A DNA stretch of 64,000 bases, from contig JBGARZ010000001.1 of NCBI GenBank assembly GCA_044229975.1, positions 928,001 to 992,000 on the forward strand, in the 5' to 3' direction. This document shows, piece after piece, positions 39,629-48,653 of the stretch. Below the pieces are notes generated by a model. It was not told the DNA's origin. It worked only from the letters and a program-made list of their open reading frames with translations, and searched no databases. Source of the DNA: Polyangiales bacterium. GTDB lineage: Bacteria > Myxococcota_A > Polyangia > Polyangiales > Ga0077539. Position 1 is the first letter of the stretch; every line of letters begins with the position of its first letter. Position numbers and translations under genes: made by a program.

Positions 39629-41116
39629 GTGAGCCACCCCAACCGCGCACCGTCCGACGAGCGATCGCCGCTCGGCGTCCTCGCGCGGCAGTCGTCGGTG
39701 TACGCGCTCACGATGCTCGCCTCGCGGGCGATGTCCTTCGTGATGGTGCCCGTCTACACGCACCGCCTCGGCGCCGCGGACTACGGCGTCATCGAGCTCC
39801 TCGACACCGTCGACCTCGTGGTGCTCGTGCTCTTCTCCTCGGCCGTCGCCGACCCCTTCTTGCGACACCTCCACGACGCGCCCGACGAGCGCGCCCGCGA
39901 CCGTGTCACCTCCACCGCCATCCTCTTCCTCGTCGCCTTCGGCGCCCTCATCGCCCTCGTCGGTGCGCTCACCGCCCCCGCCCTCGCGGGCCCTCTCCTG
40001 CGCGGCGCCCACCGCGCGCCGCTCCTCCAACTCACCTTCGCCTCGGTGGCCTTCCAGGCCGCGTTGGAGATCCCCCTCGCCCGCTTCCGCGCCGCCGACC
40101 AGCCGGTGCGCTTCGCCGCGTGGACGCTCGTTCGCACCGCCCTCGGCCTCGCGCTCAACCTCACCTTCATCGCGGCCCTCGACCTCGGCGTCCGCGGCCT
40201 CGCCCTGTCCACCCTCATCGCCTCGGCCGCCACCGCCACCACGCTCTGCGCCCTCACCCTCCGCCGCACCGGCCTCGCCTTCGACCCGCTCGCGCTGCGC
40301 CGCATGCTCGCCTTCGGGTGGCCGCTCGTCCCCGGTGCGCTCGCGCTCATCGCGCTTCAGCACGGCCGCAGCTACGTGCTCAACCACTACTGCTCGCTCG
40401 AAGACGTCGGCCGCTGGGCGCTCGGGTTCAAGTTCGGCGCGCTCATCACGCAGGTCATCGGCAACCCCCTCCGCAACGCGTGGACCGCCCAGATGTACCC
40501 GCTCTGGGAATCGCCCGACGGGCGCGAGCGCTACCCCCGTGCGCTCACCGTCTTCGTCGCACTCTTCGCCTGGGCCGCGCTCGCGCTCTCGGTCGCCGCG
40601 CCCGACGTCATCGCCACGCTCGCCCCGCGCACCTTCGCGCCCGCCGCGCTCGTCATCCCCGCCGTCGCTTCCGCCTTCGCGCTGCGCGAGGTCGCGGAGT
40701 TCTTCCGCAACGGCCTCGTGCTCGGGCGCAACCCGAGGCCCATCGCGTGGATCGAGCCCGCCCTCGCGCTCCTCGACCTCGGCATCGGCATCGCGCTCGT
40801 GTCGCGCTCCGGCCTGCACGGCGCCATCGTCGCCACGCCGCTGGTCTTCGGCCTCTACGCGCTCGCCCTCCACGCCGCCGTGCGCCGCGTGCTCCCCGTC
40901 GCCTACGAGTACAAGCGCCTCGCCGCCCTCGCCGCCCTCGCCGTCGCCCTCGGGGCGGTCGGCTTCCACGGCGTCGGCGACTCGCGCGCGGTCAACGTCG
41001 CCCTGCGACTGGCCATCATCGCGGCCTACCCCGCGCTGTGCGTTGCGCTGGTGTTTCGCGCGGACGACGAGCGCGCGGCGCTGCATGCGTTGCGGCGGCG
41101 TTTGCGCTGGTGGTAG
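39629..41116 (+). CDS. Wzx-like polysaccharide flippase (MOP superfamily)
   Basis: SSVYAL...VPVYTHRLGAADYG, RRMLAFGWPL, about 12-14 TM helices. Confidence 0.85.
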   Translation: MSHPNRAPSDERSPLGVLARQSSVYALTMLASRAMSFVMVPVYTHRLGAADYGVIELLDTVDLVVLVLFSSAVADPFLRHLHDAPDERARDRVTSTAILFLVAFGALIALVGALTAPALAGPLLRGAHRAPLLQLTFASVAFQAALEIPLARFRAADQPVRFAAWTLVRTALGLALNLTFIAALDLGVRGLALSTLIASAATATTLCALTLRRTGLAFDPLALRRMLAFGWPLVPGALALIALQHGRSYVLNHYCSLEDVGRWALGFKFGALITQVIGNPLRNAWTAQMYPLWESPDGRERYPRALTVFVALFAWAALALSVAAPDVIATLAPRTFAPAALVIPAVASAFALREVAEFFRNGLVLGRNPRPIAWIEPALALLDLGIGIALVSRSGLHGAIVATPLVFGLYALALHAAVRRVLPVAYEYKRLAALAALAVALGAVGFHGVGDSRAVNVALRLAIIAAYPALCVALVFRADDERAALHALRRRLRWW

Positions 41117-41132
41117 ACCGTCGACCGTCGTG

Positions 41133-42113
41133 ATGCGAACCGTTGCCCCGCGCCTCCTCGTCCTCCTCGGGCTCTGCGCGTCGTGCCGCTGCTCGCCGCA
41201 GCGGTCGTTCAGGGCGGTGCAGCGCGCGACGACGGGCGTGACCAACGTGCCCGCGCAGCCGACCTCGCACGGCCTGCCCACCGTCGGCGGTTGCACCGTC
41301 TTCCCCGCCGACAACCCCTGGAACCGCGACATCTCCAACGACCCCGTCGACCCGCGCTCGGCGGCGTACATCGCCAACATCCAGGCGCACGGGCCGCAGT
41401 TTCTCCACCCCGACTTCGGCTCCAACCCGCAGTACGGGATTCCGTACGTGGTGGTTCCGGCGACGCAGGCGCGAGTGCCGGTGCGGTACACGGAGTACGG
41501 CGACGAGAGCGACCCGGGGCCGCACCCGATTCCCCTCACGGCCCCCATCGAGGGCGGACGCGACCGCCACGTCATCGCCATCCAGAGCGGCACGTGTCGC
41601 CTGTTCGAGCTCTATCACTCCGAGCGCGAGGCCAACGGCTGGGCGGCCGGGTCGGGCGCCACCTTCGACCTCACCTCCAACGCCCTGCGCCCCGACACCT
41701 GGACCTCCTGCGACCAGGCGGGTCTCCCCATCTTCCCGGGCCTCGCGCGCTTCGACGAGGTGAGCGCGGGCATCATCCGCCACGCGCTGCGCGTGACCTT
41801 CGAGCACACCCAGGACGGCTGGATCCTCCCCGCCACGCACCCCGGCGGCGACAGCGACCTCGACGCACCGCCCATGGGTCTGCGGTTTCGCCTCAAGCGC
41901 TCCTTCGACATCAGCGGCTACCGCGGCGCGGCGCGCGTCATCCTCCAGGCGCTTCGCACCTACGGGATGTTCACCGCCGACACGGGCGGCAACTGGTACC
42001 TCTCCGGCGAGACCTCGCGCTCCTGGAACGACGCGGACCTCGACCAGCTCAAGGACGTTCCCGGCACGGCCTTCGAGGTCGTCGCGAGCGGCGTCATCCG
42101 TCGGCGCCCCTGA
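41133..42113 (+). CDS. Conserved secreted hypothetical protein
   Basis: Signal peptide; FPADNPWNRDIS, HPDFG, YGIPY, YGDESDPGP, DRHV, GLPIFPGL, PPMGLRFRL. Confidence 0.7.
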   Translation: MRTVAPRLLVLLGLCASCRCSPQRSFRAVQRATTGVTNVPAQPTSHGLPTVGGCTVFPADNPWNRDISNDPVDPRSAAYIANIQAHGPQFLHPDFGSNPQYGIPYVVVPATQARVPVRYTEYGDESDPGPHPIPLTAPIEGGRDRHVIAIQSGTCRLFELYHSEREANGWAAGSGATFDLTSNALRPDTWTSCDQAGLPIFPGLARFDEVSAGIIRHALRVTFEHTQDGWILPATHPGGDSDLDAPPMGLRFRLKRSFDISGYRGAARVILQALRTYGMFTADTGGNWYLSGETSRSWNDADLDQLKDVPGTAFEVVASGVIRRRP

Positions 42114-42144
42114 CGCGGAGGTCGGGCATCCAACCGTTACGCTG

Positions 42145-42816
42145 ATGTCCCCCTCCGAGATCTACTCCAGTCCCTGGCACCACCCCGGCCTGCTGCTCCC
42201 GCTGAGCGTCGCTGGGCTCGTCGCCGTCGTCGTCGCGCGCCTCCGCCACCCCGAAGCGTGGTCGCCCTTCCTCCGCGCGTGGCTGCTCGTCTTCGGCGTC
42301 GAGATCGTCCTCGACGCCTCGCTCACCGGCTTCGCGACGCCGCTCCACGGTCACGCCTCGGCCGAGCGCGTGGCGGGCATCGTCTTCGTCATCCTCGGCG
42401 ACCTCCGCGCGTACCTGCTGCTGGAGCGCCTCGTCGCCCCGACCCGCGCGTGGCCCGCGACCCTCGCCCGCGCGCTCGGCTGGAGTCTCATCGCCTCCCT
42501 CGCCGTCGCCGTCGCCACCCGCGTGGCGCCCGCGACCTTCAGCAACACCCGCCACATCTTCCTCTTCTACGAGTGCATCTCGCTCGCGCTCTTCTCCGCG
42601 TGGCGCTTCGCCATCGTCCCCCGGCGTGACTCCACGCTCGCCCGCGACGTGTCGCTCTTCTTCGTGGTGCAGTACGCGATGTGGGTCTGCGCCGACGTGC
42701 TCATCCTGTCGGGCATCGACCTCGCGTACCTCTTCCGCATCGTCCCCAACGCGACCTACTACGGGCTCTTCGTCCCCTTCGTGCTCCGCCGCGCGCCGCG
42801 CGACCTGCGACCATGA
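42145..42816 (+). CDS. Integral membrane hypothetical protein (about 7 TM)
   Basis: Hydrophobic helices throughout; ATGA-coupled to next gene. Confidence 0.65.
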   Translation: MSPSEIYSSPWHHPGLLLPLSVAGLVAVVVARLRHPEAWSPFLRAWLLVFGVEIVLDASLTGFATPLHGHASAERVAGIVFVILGDLRAYLLLERLVAPTRAWPATLARALGWSLIASLAVAVATRVAPATFSNTRHIFLFYECISLALFSAWRFAIVPRRDSTLARDVSLFFVVQYAMWVCADVLILSGIDLAYLFRIVPNATYYGLFVPFVLRRAPRDLRP

Positions 42817-43697
42817 CCCGCCGCGCCGCGCTGCTCCTGTCGCTCCTTGCGCTCTCCTGCGGTCGCTCTCCACCCGGCGTCGCACCCGTCGACCCGCCCA
42901 CCGCCGCGGTCTCCGAAGAGCCGTCGGCCCGACTGGAGTTCCGGGTCGATGGTCGCACCGTGCGCATCCTTACGCTGGCTGAGCTGGAGCGCGCCGTCCC
43001 ACCGGAGACCGTCGAGAACTTCGACGGCTACTACCATCGCGCCAAGCGCTTCCGCGCGCTGCGCCTCGACCGCGTGCTCGACGAAGCCTTCCGCGGCGTC
43101 ATCCACGAGCCGCTCCGCTCGCGTCAGTTCGTGCTGCGCGCCCGCGACGGGTACACCGTCCCGATGGCGGGCGAGCGCCTGCTCGAACCCGGCGCCTACC
43201 TCGCCGTCCGCGACCTCGACCGCCCCGGCTGGGAACCCATCGGCCCGCAGCGCGCCAACCCCGGCCCCGTGTACCTCGTGTGGCGCGAGCCGTCGCAGGT
43301 CGACCTCGAAACCCACCCGCGCCCGTGGCAGCTCGCCGTCATCGAGGTCGCGCGCTTCGAGACGGTGTTCCCGCACACTGCACCGACGGGTGAACCCGAC
43401 GGGTCGCCCGCCCGCCGCGGGTACGCCATCTTTACCGAGCTCTGTATCCGCTGCCACGCCGTCAACCGCGAGGGCGGACGCGTCGGCCCCGACCTCAACG
43501 TCCCCCGCAGCATCACCGAATACCGTCCCGAGGATCAGATCCGGGCGTACGTTCGCAACCCGATGACGTTCCGCTACGGGACCATGCCCGCGCACCCGAA
43601 CCTCACCGACGGCGACCTCGACGGGCTCATCGCGTACCTGCGCGCCATGGCCTCCCGCAAGCACGACCCCGACGCCCGCCCCGACGCCGGAACGTGA
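42813..43697 (+). CDS. Lipoprotein: molybdopterin-oxidoreductase-like N-domain fused to cytochrome c
   Basis: LALSC lipobox; ARDGY, PGPVYLVW, RPWQL..IE; CIRCH...GPDL...MP. Confidence 0.75.
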   Translation: MTRRAALLLSLLALSCGRSPPGVAPVDPPTAAVSEEPSARLEFRVDGRTVRILTLAELERAVPPETVENFDGYYHRAKRFRALRLDRVLDEAFRGVIHEPLRSRQFVLRARDGYTVPMAGERLLEPGAYLAVRDLDRPGWEPIGPQRANPGPVYLVWREPSQVDLETHPRPWQLAVIEVARFETVFPHTAPTGEPDGSPARRGYAIFTELCIRCHAVNREGGRVGPDLNVPRSITEYRPEDQIRAYVRNPMTFRYGTMPAHPNLTDGDLDGLIAYLRAMASRKHDPDARPDAGT

Positions 43698-44734
43698 TGA
43701 CCAACGACGGACTCGCCCTCCTGCGTGAGCGCTGCGCCGAGGTTCCCGCCGTGCTCCGGGCCACCCTCGCCGCGCGGCTGCCATCGCTGACCCATGTCGC
43801 CCGCCGCGTGCGCTGGGTCGTCACCGCCGCGGGCGCCTCCGAGGGCCCCGCCCGCCTCTTCGCCGCGCTCCTGCGCCGCCACCTCCACGCCTGCGCCGCC
43901 TTCGTCCCGCTGTCCGCGTTTGCGCCCCACCGCGCGGCCGACGTCACCGACCCCGCCGCCGTGCTCGTCGTCGTCACCCAGGGTGGCGCGCCCAACGCCC
44001 GCCTCGCCCTCGCGCACGCTCCGTCCTTCGCCGACTGCGTGGTGGTCACCTCGTGCCCCGAGCACGCCGGCCTCCAGGGCGCGCGTGACCTCGGCGCCAC
44101 GCTGGTCATCCATCCGCCGGGCCCCGAGCACGGGCTCCTGCTCCGTGTGCAGGGCCCTGCCGCCGCGACGCTCGTGCTGCTCCGGGTCATCGACGCGCTC
44201 GCCACCGCCCGCGGCGACGCGGCTCCCTTCGAGGGCCACCTCGACGCCGCACCGGAGACCACTTCCGACGAACCCCTGCTTCTCGACGAACGCGCGGGCG
44301 CGCTCGCGGCCGCGGGACAGGTCGCCATCGTGAGCTGCGACCCGGGGCTCGAGCTCGCGCACGGGCTGCGTTGGAAGTGGTTGGAGGGCCCCGCGACCTG
44401 CGACCCGCCGTGCTGGGACGCGCTCCAGATGGTGCACGGCCCGTTGCAGCACGTGCTCGAACGCCCGCGCCTGCTGCTCGCGCTCGAGCCCGTCGACGAC
44501 CCTGGTGCGACGGCGCTCCTCGACGCGCTCGTGTCCCTCGTCGGCGAGACGAGCCCGCTGCTGCGGCTGCGCGCGCGACGCCACGGGGCGCTGGGCTTCT
44601 TCGACCTCGACGCGCGGTGCAACGAGCTCGTGTGTGCGGTGCTCGCCCGCTGCCCGCGCGACCTCGTGCACTGGCCCGGCTACGGTCGCGACGCCGCTCT
44701 CTACGACCTCGGCGCCGCTGACAAACAGCCCTGA
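43694..44734 (+). CDS. SIS (sugar isomerase) domain-like protein
   Basis: VVTAAGASEG, LVVVTQGG.PNA, VVVTS, QMVHGP resemble the GlmS-type double SIS fold. Confidence 0.55.
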   Translation: MMTNDGLALLRERCAEVPAVLRATLAARLPSLTHVARRVRWVVTAAGASEGPARLFAALLRRHLHACAAFVPLSAFAPHRAADVTDPAAVLVVVTQGGAPNARLALAHAPSFADCVVVTSCPEHAGLQGARDLGATLVIHPPGPEHGLLLRVQGPAAATLVLLRVIDALATARGDAAPFEGHLDAAPETTSDEPLLLDERAGALAAAGQVAIVSCDPGLELAHGLRWKWLEGPATCDPPCWDALQMVHGPLQHVLERPRLLLALEPVDDPGATALLDALVSLVGETSPLLRLRARRHGALGFFDLDARCNELVCAVLARCPRDLVHWPGYGRDAALYDLGAADKQP

Positions 44735-44781
44735 CGGGCGTTGACGGGCGCGCGCCGAAGCGCTCCCATGCGCCGCCTCCC

Positions 44782-46626
44782 ATGGGCCCCTCCCCCCGAT
44801 TGTCCTGGCTGGCCGCGCCGATCGTCGCGCTGCTCGCGGGCTGCGCCGACGACGCGACGCCCACCAACGCCACCGCGGCCGACGCCAGCGCCGACGCGCA
44901 CGCCGCCGACGTGCAGCCCGCGGATGTTCCGCCGCCGCGGCCGCGGGTGCGCCTGCTGGTCGACGCCAACCGCGACGGAACGGTGTCCGACACGGGCGAC
45001 GACGAGACCTACCGCGCGGCCTGGGACGGCACCCACGGCGCGGTCTTTCTCGCCAACGTGGACGACGACGACGACGACGACGCGCTCGACGCGGCGGACG
45101 ACGTGGTCAACGGCGACGCCGACGCGCTCGACCTCGCGCGCATCCGCATCGCACCGATGGTCGGCCTCGCGGACGGAGCGACCGGGCACCTGTCCATGGT
45201 GGCGCCGGAGAGCCCATCGGTGCGGGTGTTTCGCAACGAGGGCGGGGCGTGGCGCTCCGTCGACCTCGCGGCCGAGACGATCTCGGCGGACGACCTGCGC
45301 GCGGGCGTGGAGTTCGGCATCGAGGCGAGCGAGTTTCCGACCGCCGCATGGAACGGCGAGGTCTCCCTCACCCTCGCCGTGAGCCAGGGGGAAGAGTCGC
45401 TCGGCGAAGACCGGGCGGTGCTCCGCGTGGCGCCCTTCGTCGTGAGCACCTCCCTCGACGAGGCGGTGCGCGTCTACGCGACGGGCGGCGCCGGGGTGTT
45501 GCCGCTCGCGCGCTTCCTCAACGACCTGTCGGCCATCACCGAGGAAGACCGCATGGAGCTGGAGGTCATCGACGGCCTCGACCCCGACTGGCGCGAGCGC
45601 AACTTCGGCCCCGACGTCTGGACCCAGGACTACATGGAGCACGGCTGGGCGGCGATGCCCGGCGGCGCCGAGCCGCACGGCATGAACGTCGTCCTCCGCA
45701 CCGCCAACCCCCAACGCGCCATCGCGCAGTGGACGCGGCGCGACTTCGTCGGCCCCGACCGCGGTTACACCTGGCACCACCAGTCGCCCTACCCCGGCAA
45801 CCGCACCCACGACATCAGCCTCGACTCCTACGGCAACCTCGAGGTGATCCCGCCGTACGCGGGACACCCCTTCGGGCGCATCTTCCACGGCAACGTCACG
45901 GCGCGACAGAGCGACCGCGAGCTGCGCGCCTTCCTCAACGCCCAGCGCGTGCAGGGGCCGGTGCTGGAGGTCGACACCTCGTGGCTCCACGTCGGGCACG
46001 TCGACGAGGTCGCGAGCTTCATCCCGGTGGCGTCACCGCGCGGGTGGAAGTTCCTCGTGGCGTCGCCGCGGGCGGCGCGGGCGCAGCTCCAGGCGCTCGT
46101 CGACGCCAACCCGGCCAACGGCGAGCAGGTGATGTTCCGCGGGCAGTACTGGTTCTATCCCGAGGGGCACCCGATGGAGGGCAGGGCGTACTCCGCCGCG
46201 CGCACCATCAACAGCATCCTCGCCGACCCCGAGCTCATGGCCACCAACCAGCACGCCCAGGCCGAGATCGACATCATCCGCGAGACGATCCAGACCGAGG
46301 CGGGGCTCGACGACGCCGAGATCATCGAGATCCCCTTCCTCATGTGGGAGATCGAAAACGCCCAGGTCGCCGCGTACATGCCGGGCACCGTCAACCTCCT
46401 GATGTACGGCCGCTCCGTGACGATGGCGCGGCCTCACTCCGCGGTCATCGACGGGGAGGACTTCTCCCAGCGGCGGCTCCACGAGCTGCTCTCCCCCGAC
46501 GGCATCAACGTCCATTTCGCCGAGCAGTGGGACATCCTCCACGCGGCCGAGGGCGAGGTGCACTGCGGCACCAACGCGCTCCGAAGAATCCCCGCGCACG
46601 GCGCGTGGTGGGAGGTGACCCCGTGA
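44782..46626 (+). CDS. Protein-arginine deiminase (PAD family) lipoprotein
   Basis: LLAGC lipobox; VDANRDG, FLANVDDD, LRVAPF, WTQD, SLDSYGNLEV.PP, SWLHVGHVDE, GEVHCGTN. Confidence 0.92.
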   Translation: MGPSPRLSWLAAPIVALLAGCADDATPTNATAADASADAHAADVQPADVPPPRPRVRLLVDANRDGTVSDTGDDETYRAAWDGTHGAVFLANVDDDDDDDALDAADDVVNGDADALDLARIRIAPMVGLADGATGHLSMVAPESPSVRVFRNEGGAWRSVDLAAETISADDLRAGVEFGIEASEFPTAAWNGEVSLTLAVSQGEESLGEDRAVLRVAPFVVSTSLDEAVRVYATGGAGVLPLARFLNDLSAITEEDRMELEVIDGLDPDWRERNFGPDVWTQDYMEHGWAAMPGGAEPHGMNVVLRTANPQRAIAQWTRRDFVGPDRGYTWHHQSPYPGNRTHDISLDSYGNLEVIPPYAGHPFGRIFHGNVTARQSDRELRAFLNAQRVQGPVLEVDTSWLHVGHVDEVASFIPVASPRGWKFLVASPRAARAQLQALVDANPANGEQVMFRGQYWFYPEGHPMEGRAYSAARTINSILADPELMATNQHAQAEIDIIRETIQTEAGLDDAEIIEIPFLMWEIENAQVAAYMPGTVNLLMYGRSVTMARPHSAVIDGEDFSQRRLHELLSPDGINVHFAEQWDILHAAEGEVHCGTNALRRIPAHGAWWEVTP

Positions 46627-47519
46627 AGATCCGCTCGGCCTTCGTGACCCTCGCGCTCACCATCCTCCCGGCGCTCTCCTCCGCCGCGCCGCTGCTCGAC
46701 CCGCGCGCCGTCCCCGACGACGTCGCCCGCACGCTCGCGACCACCGTGCGCGCCGACCGCGCTCGTCGACCCGACGCGTACCGCCGCGTCGCCGACCTCG
46801 AAGGGCTGCGCCCCGAGCGCTACCGACGCTCCCGCCGCGGGCGCCCCTCGGTGACCATCGAGCTGCGCGCGATGGGCGCCTCGGCGCTGCTCCCGATGCT
46901 CGACACGCTCGCGCTCAGCGGGTACCCGACCGCCCTCTCCGCGGAAGAGAGCGATGCCCTCCGCCTGGGCCTGCTCGAAGCCGTCAGCGACCTCCGCGAT
47001 GTTCGTGCACTGCCGGTGCTGCGCGGGGTCTTCGCGACCGCCACCGAGCCCGCGGAGCTGCGCGCTGCGGCGCGTGGCCTCGCCCGCGTCTGCCAGGACG
47101 CCGACCGCCGCACGCTCACCACCGCGACGGGTGCGCGACGCGACGCCGCCGTGGCCGCGCTCGGTCTGTGCGGCCACCCCGATGCTGCGCGCTGGCTCGT
47201 CTCGCAGCTCGACGCCGAGCGCGACCCCGCTCGCGTCACGGCCCTCGCCACCGGCGTCGCCGAGGCGTCGTCGAGCTGGGCCCGTCCCGCGGGTCGATCG
47301 ACGGTCGACCCTGCGCTCCGCACCACCGCGGCCCGCGCCATGGTGCGCCGCTGGGTGGAGCTTCCGGCATCACGCTCCGCCCTCGGCGTGGCCGTGCTCA
47401 CCATGGGCGGCGCCGAGGCGCTCGCCGCGGTGCGCGCCGCTCAGGCGACCGCCGCGCCCGACGCCCGCCCCGGCCTGCGCGTGCTCGAACGCTCCCTCAC
47501 TCGCGACCTGGGACGCTGA
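46623..47519 (+). CDS. Secreted HEAT-repeat-like helical protein
   Basis: GTGA overlap with PAD stop; signal VKIRSAFVTLALTILPALSSA; RAAARGLA / DAAVAALG helical repeats. Confidence 0.6.
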   Translation: MKIRSAFVTLALTILPALSSAAPLLDPRAVPDDVARTLATTVRADRARRPDAYRRVADLEGLRPERYRRSRRGRPSVTIELRAMGASALLPMLDTLALSGYPTALSAEESDALRLGLLEAVSDLRDVRALPVLRGVFATATEPAELRAAARGLARVCQDADRRTLTTATGARRDAAVAALGLCGHPDAARWLVSQLDAERDPARVTALATGVAEASSSWARPAGRSTVDPALRTTAARAMVRRWVELPASRSALGVAVLTMGGAEALAAVRAAQATAAPDARPGLRVLERSLTRDLGR

Positions 47520-48552
47520 TCGTCCCGGCGACGATCTGCCCGCGCAGCGCCTCGACCCGCGCCACCGTGTCGGGGCGCAGGCCGCGCGCGTGCGGTCCCT
47601 CGTGCACCCAGTCGATGCCGCCCTCGCGCAGACCGAAGGTGCGCAACCCACGCGGGCCTCGCACGTAGCGACCCTCGGTTGCCTCGCGGATCATCTCGAA
47701 CACCACCACGTCGACGCGCTTGAGCATCGAGGTCATCACGACCCCGGGCATCTCGTCGTACTGGTCGGCGTCCACCCCGATGGCGCGACCGCCCAACCGA
47801 CGCGCCGCCTGAAACACCCCGAAGCCCGTGCTCCCTGATGCGTGGAAGATCACGTCGGCGCCCGCCGCGAGCTGCGCCGTGGCGAGCTGCGCGCCGCGCT
47901 CCGGGTCCTTGAAGGCCTGCGGCGTACTGCCGGCGTAGGCCGAGAGCACCCGGCACGCGGGGCACACCGCGAGCGCCCCTGCACGGTAGCCCGCCTCGAA
48001 GCGACGGATGAGGGGAATCTCCATGCCCCCGACGAAGCCCACCGCGTCGTGGTGGGTGCTGAGCCCCGCCGCGGCGCCCACGAGGAAGGCCCCTTCCTCC
48101 TCGCGAAACTTCAACCCGACCACGTTGGGCGGCGCCTCTCCGCGCTCGGGCGGCGCGTAGTCGACGCACGCAAAGCGCACCCCGGGGTGATCGAGCGCCA
48201 CCTCGTCGACATCCCTGGAAAACACGTAGCCCACGCCGATGACCCGATCGAAGCCGCGCGCGGCGAAGAGGCGCAACGCACCGGCGCGGTCGTCACCGTC
48301 GGCGGGCTCGACGTACTCCACGGTGACGCCAAGCTCGCGGCGCGCGCGGTCGAGGCCCGCCCACGCGGCGTCGTTGAAGCTCTTGTCCCCGCGCCCCCCG
48401 ACGTCGAACACCAGCCCGACGCGCAGGGGGTGACGCGGCGCGTTCGCGGATTCACGCCCTTCGCCCCGCGGGGGCAATCGCAGTGTGATGGCAGCGAGGA
48501 CGATCCACACCCAGTGCCACGGGGTCGAGCCGACGAAACGCGTCACCCACAC
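47497..48552 (-). CDS. BMP/PnrA family substrate-binding protein
   Basis: GGRGDKSFNDAAWAG, FREEEGAFLVG, GFVGGM, ADVIFHASG, AIGVDADQ, TSMLKRVD. Confidence 0.9.
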   Translation of the reverse strand: MWVTRFVGSTPWHWVWIVLAAITLRLPPRGEGRESANAPRHPLRVGLVFDVGGRGDKSFNDAAWAGLDRARRELGVTVEYVEPADGDDRAGALRLFAARGFDRVIGVGYVFSRDVDEVALDHPGVRFACVDYAPPERGEAPPNVVGLKFREEEGAFLVGAAAGLSTHHDAVGFVGGMEIPLIRRFEAGYRAGALAVCPACRVLSAYAGSTPQAFKDPERGAQLATAQLAAGADVIFHASGSTGFGVFQAARRLGGRAIGVDADQYDEMPGVVMTSMLKRVDVVVFEMIREATEGRYVRGPRGLRTFGLREGGIDWVHEGPHARGLRPDTVARVEALRGQIVAGTISVPGRE

Positions 48553-48653
48553 AGGGGTATCACGGGGCGCGTGTTCTGCGATGCAACGGGGCGGGCATCT
48601 GGACTATCGTCGGCGCTCCCGATGTCACTCCCATCCTCGCTGGAGCGTGCTCG

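Noticed and set aside
39629..41116. Polysaccharide biosynthesis cluster
   Set aside because: Only a flippase is present; no glycosyltransferase, polymerase or chain-length genes nearby.
44782..46626. PAD as tailoring enzyme for the RiPP (citrulassin-like)
   Set aside because: The predicted core has no Arg, the PAD is exported, and it lies over 30 kb away.
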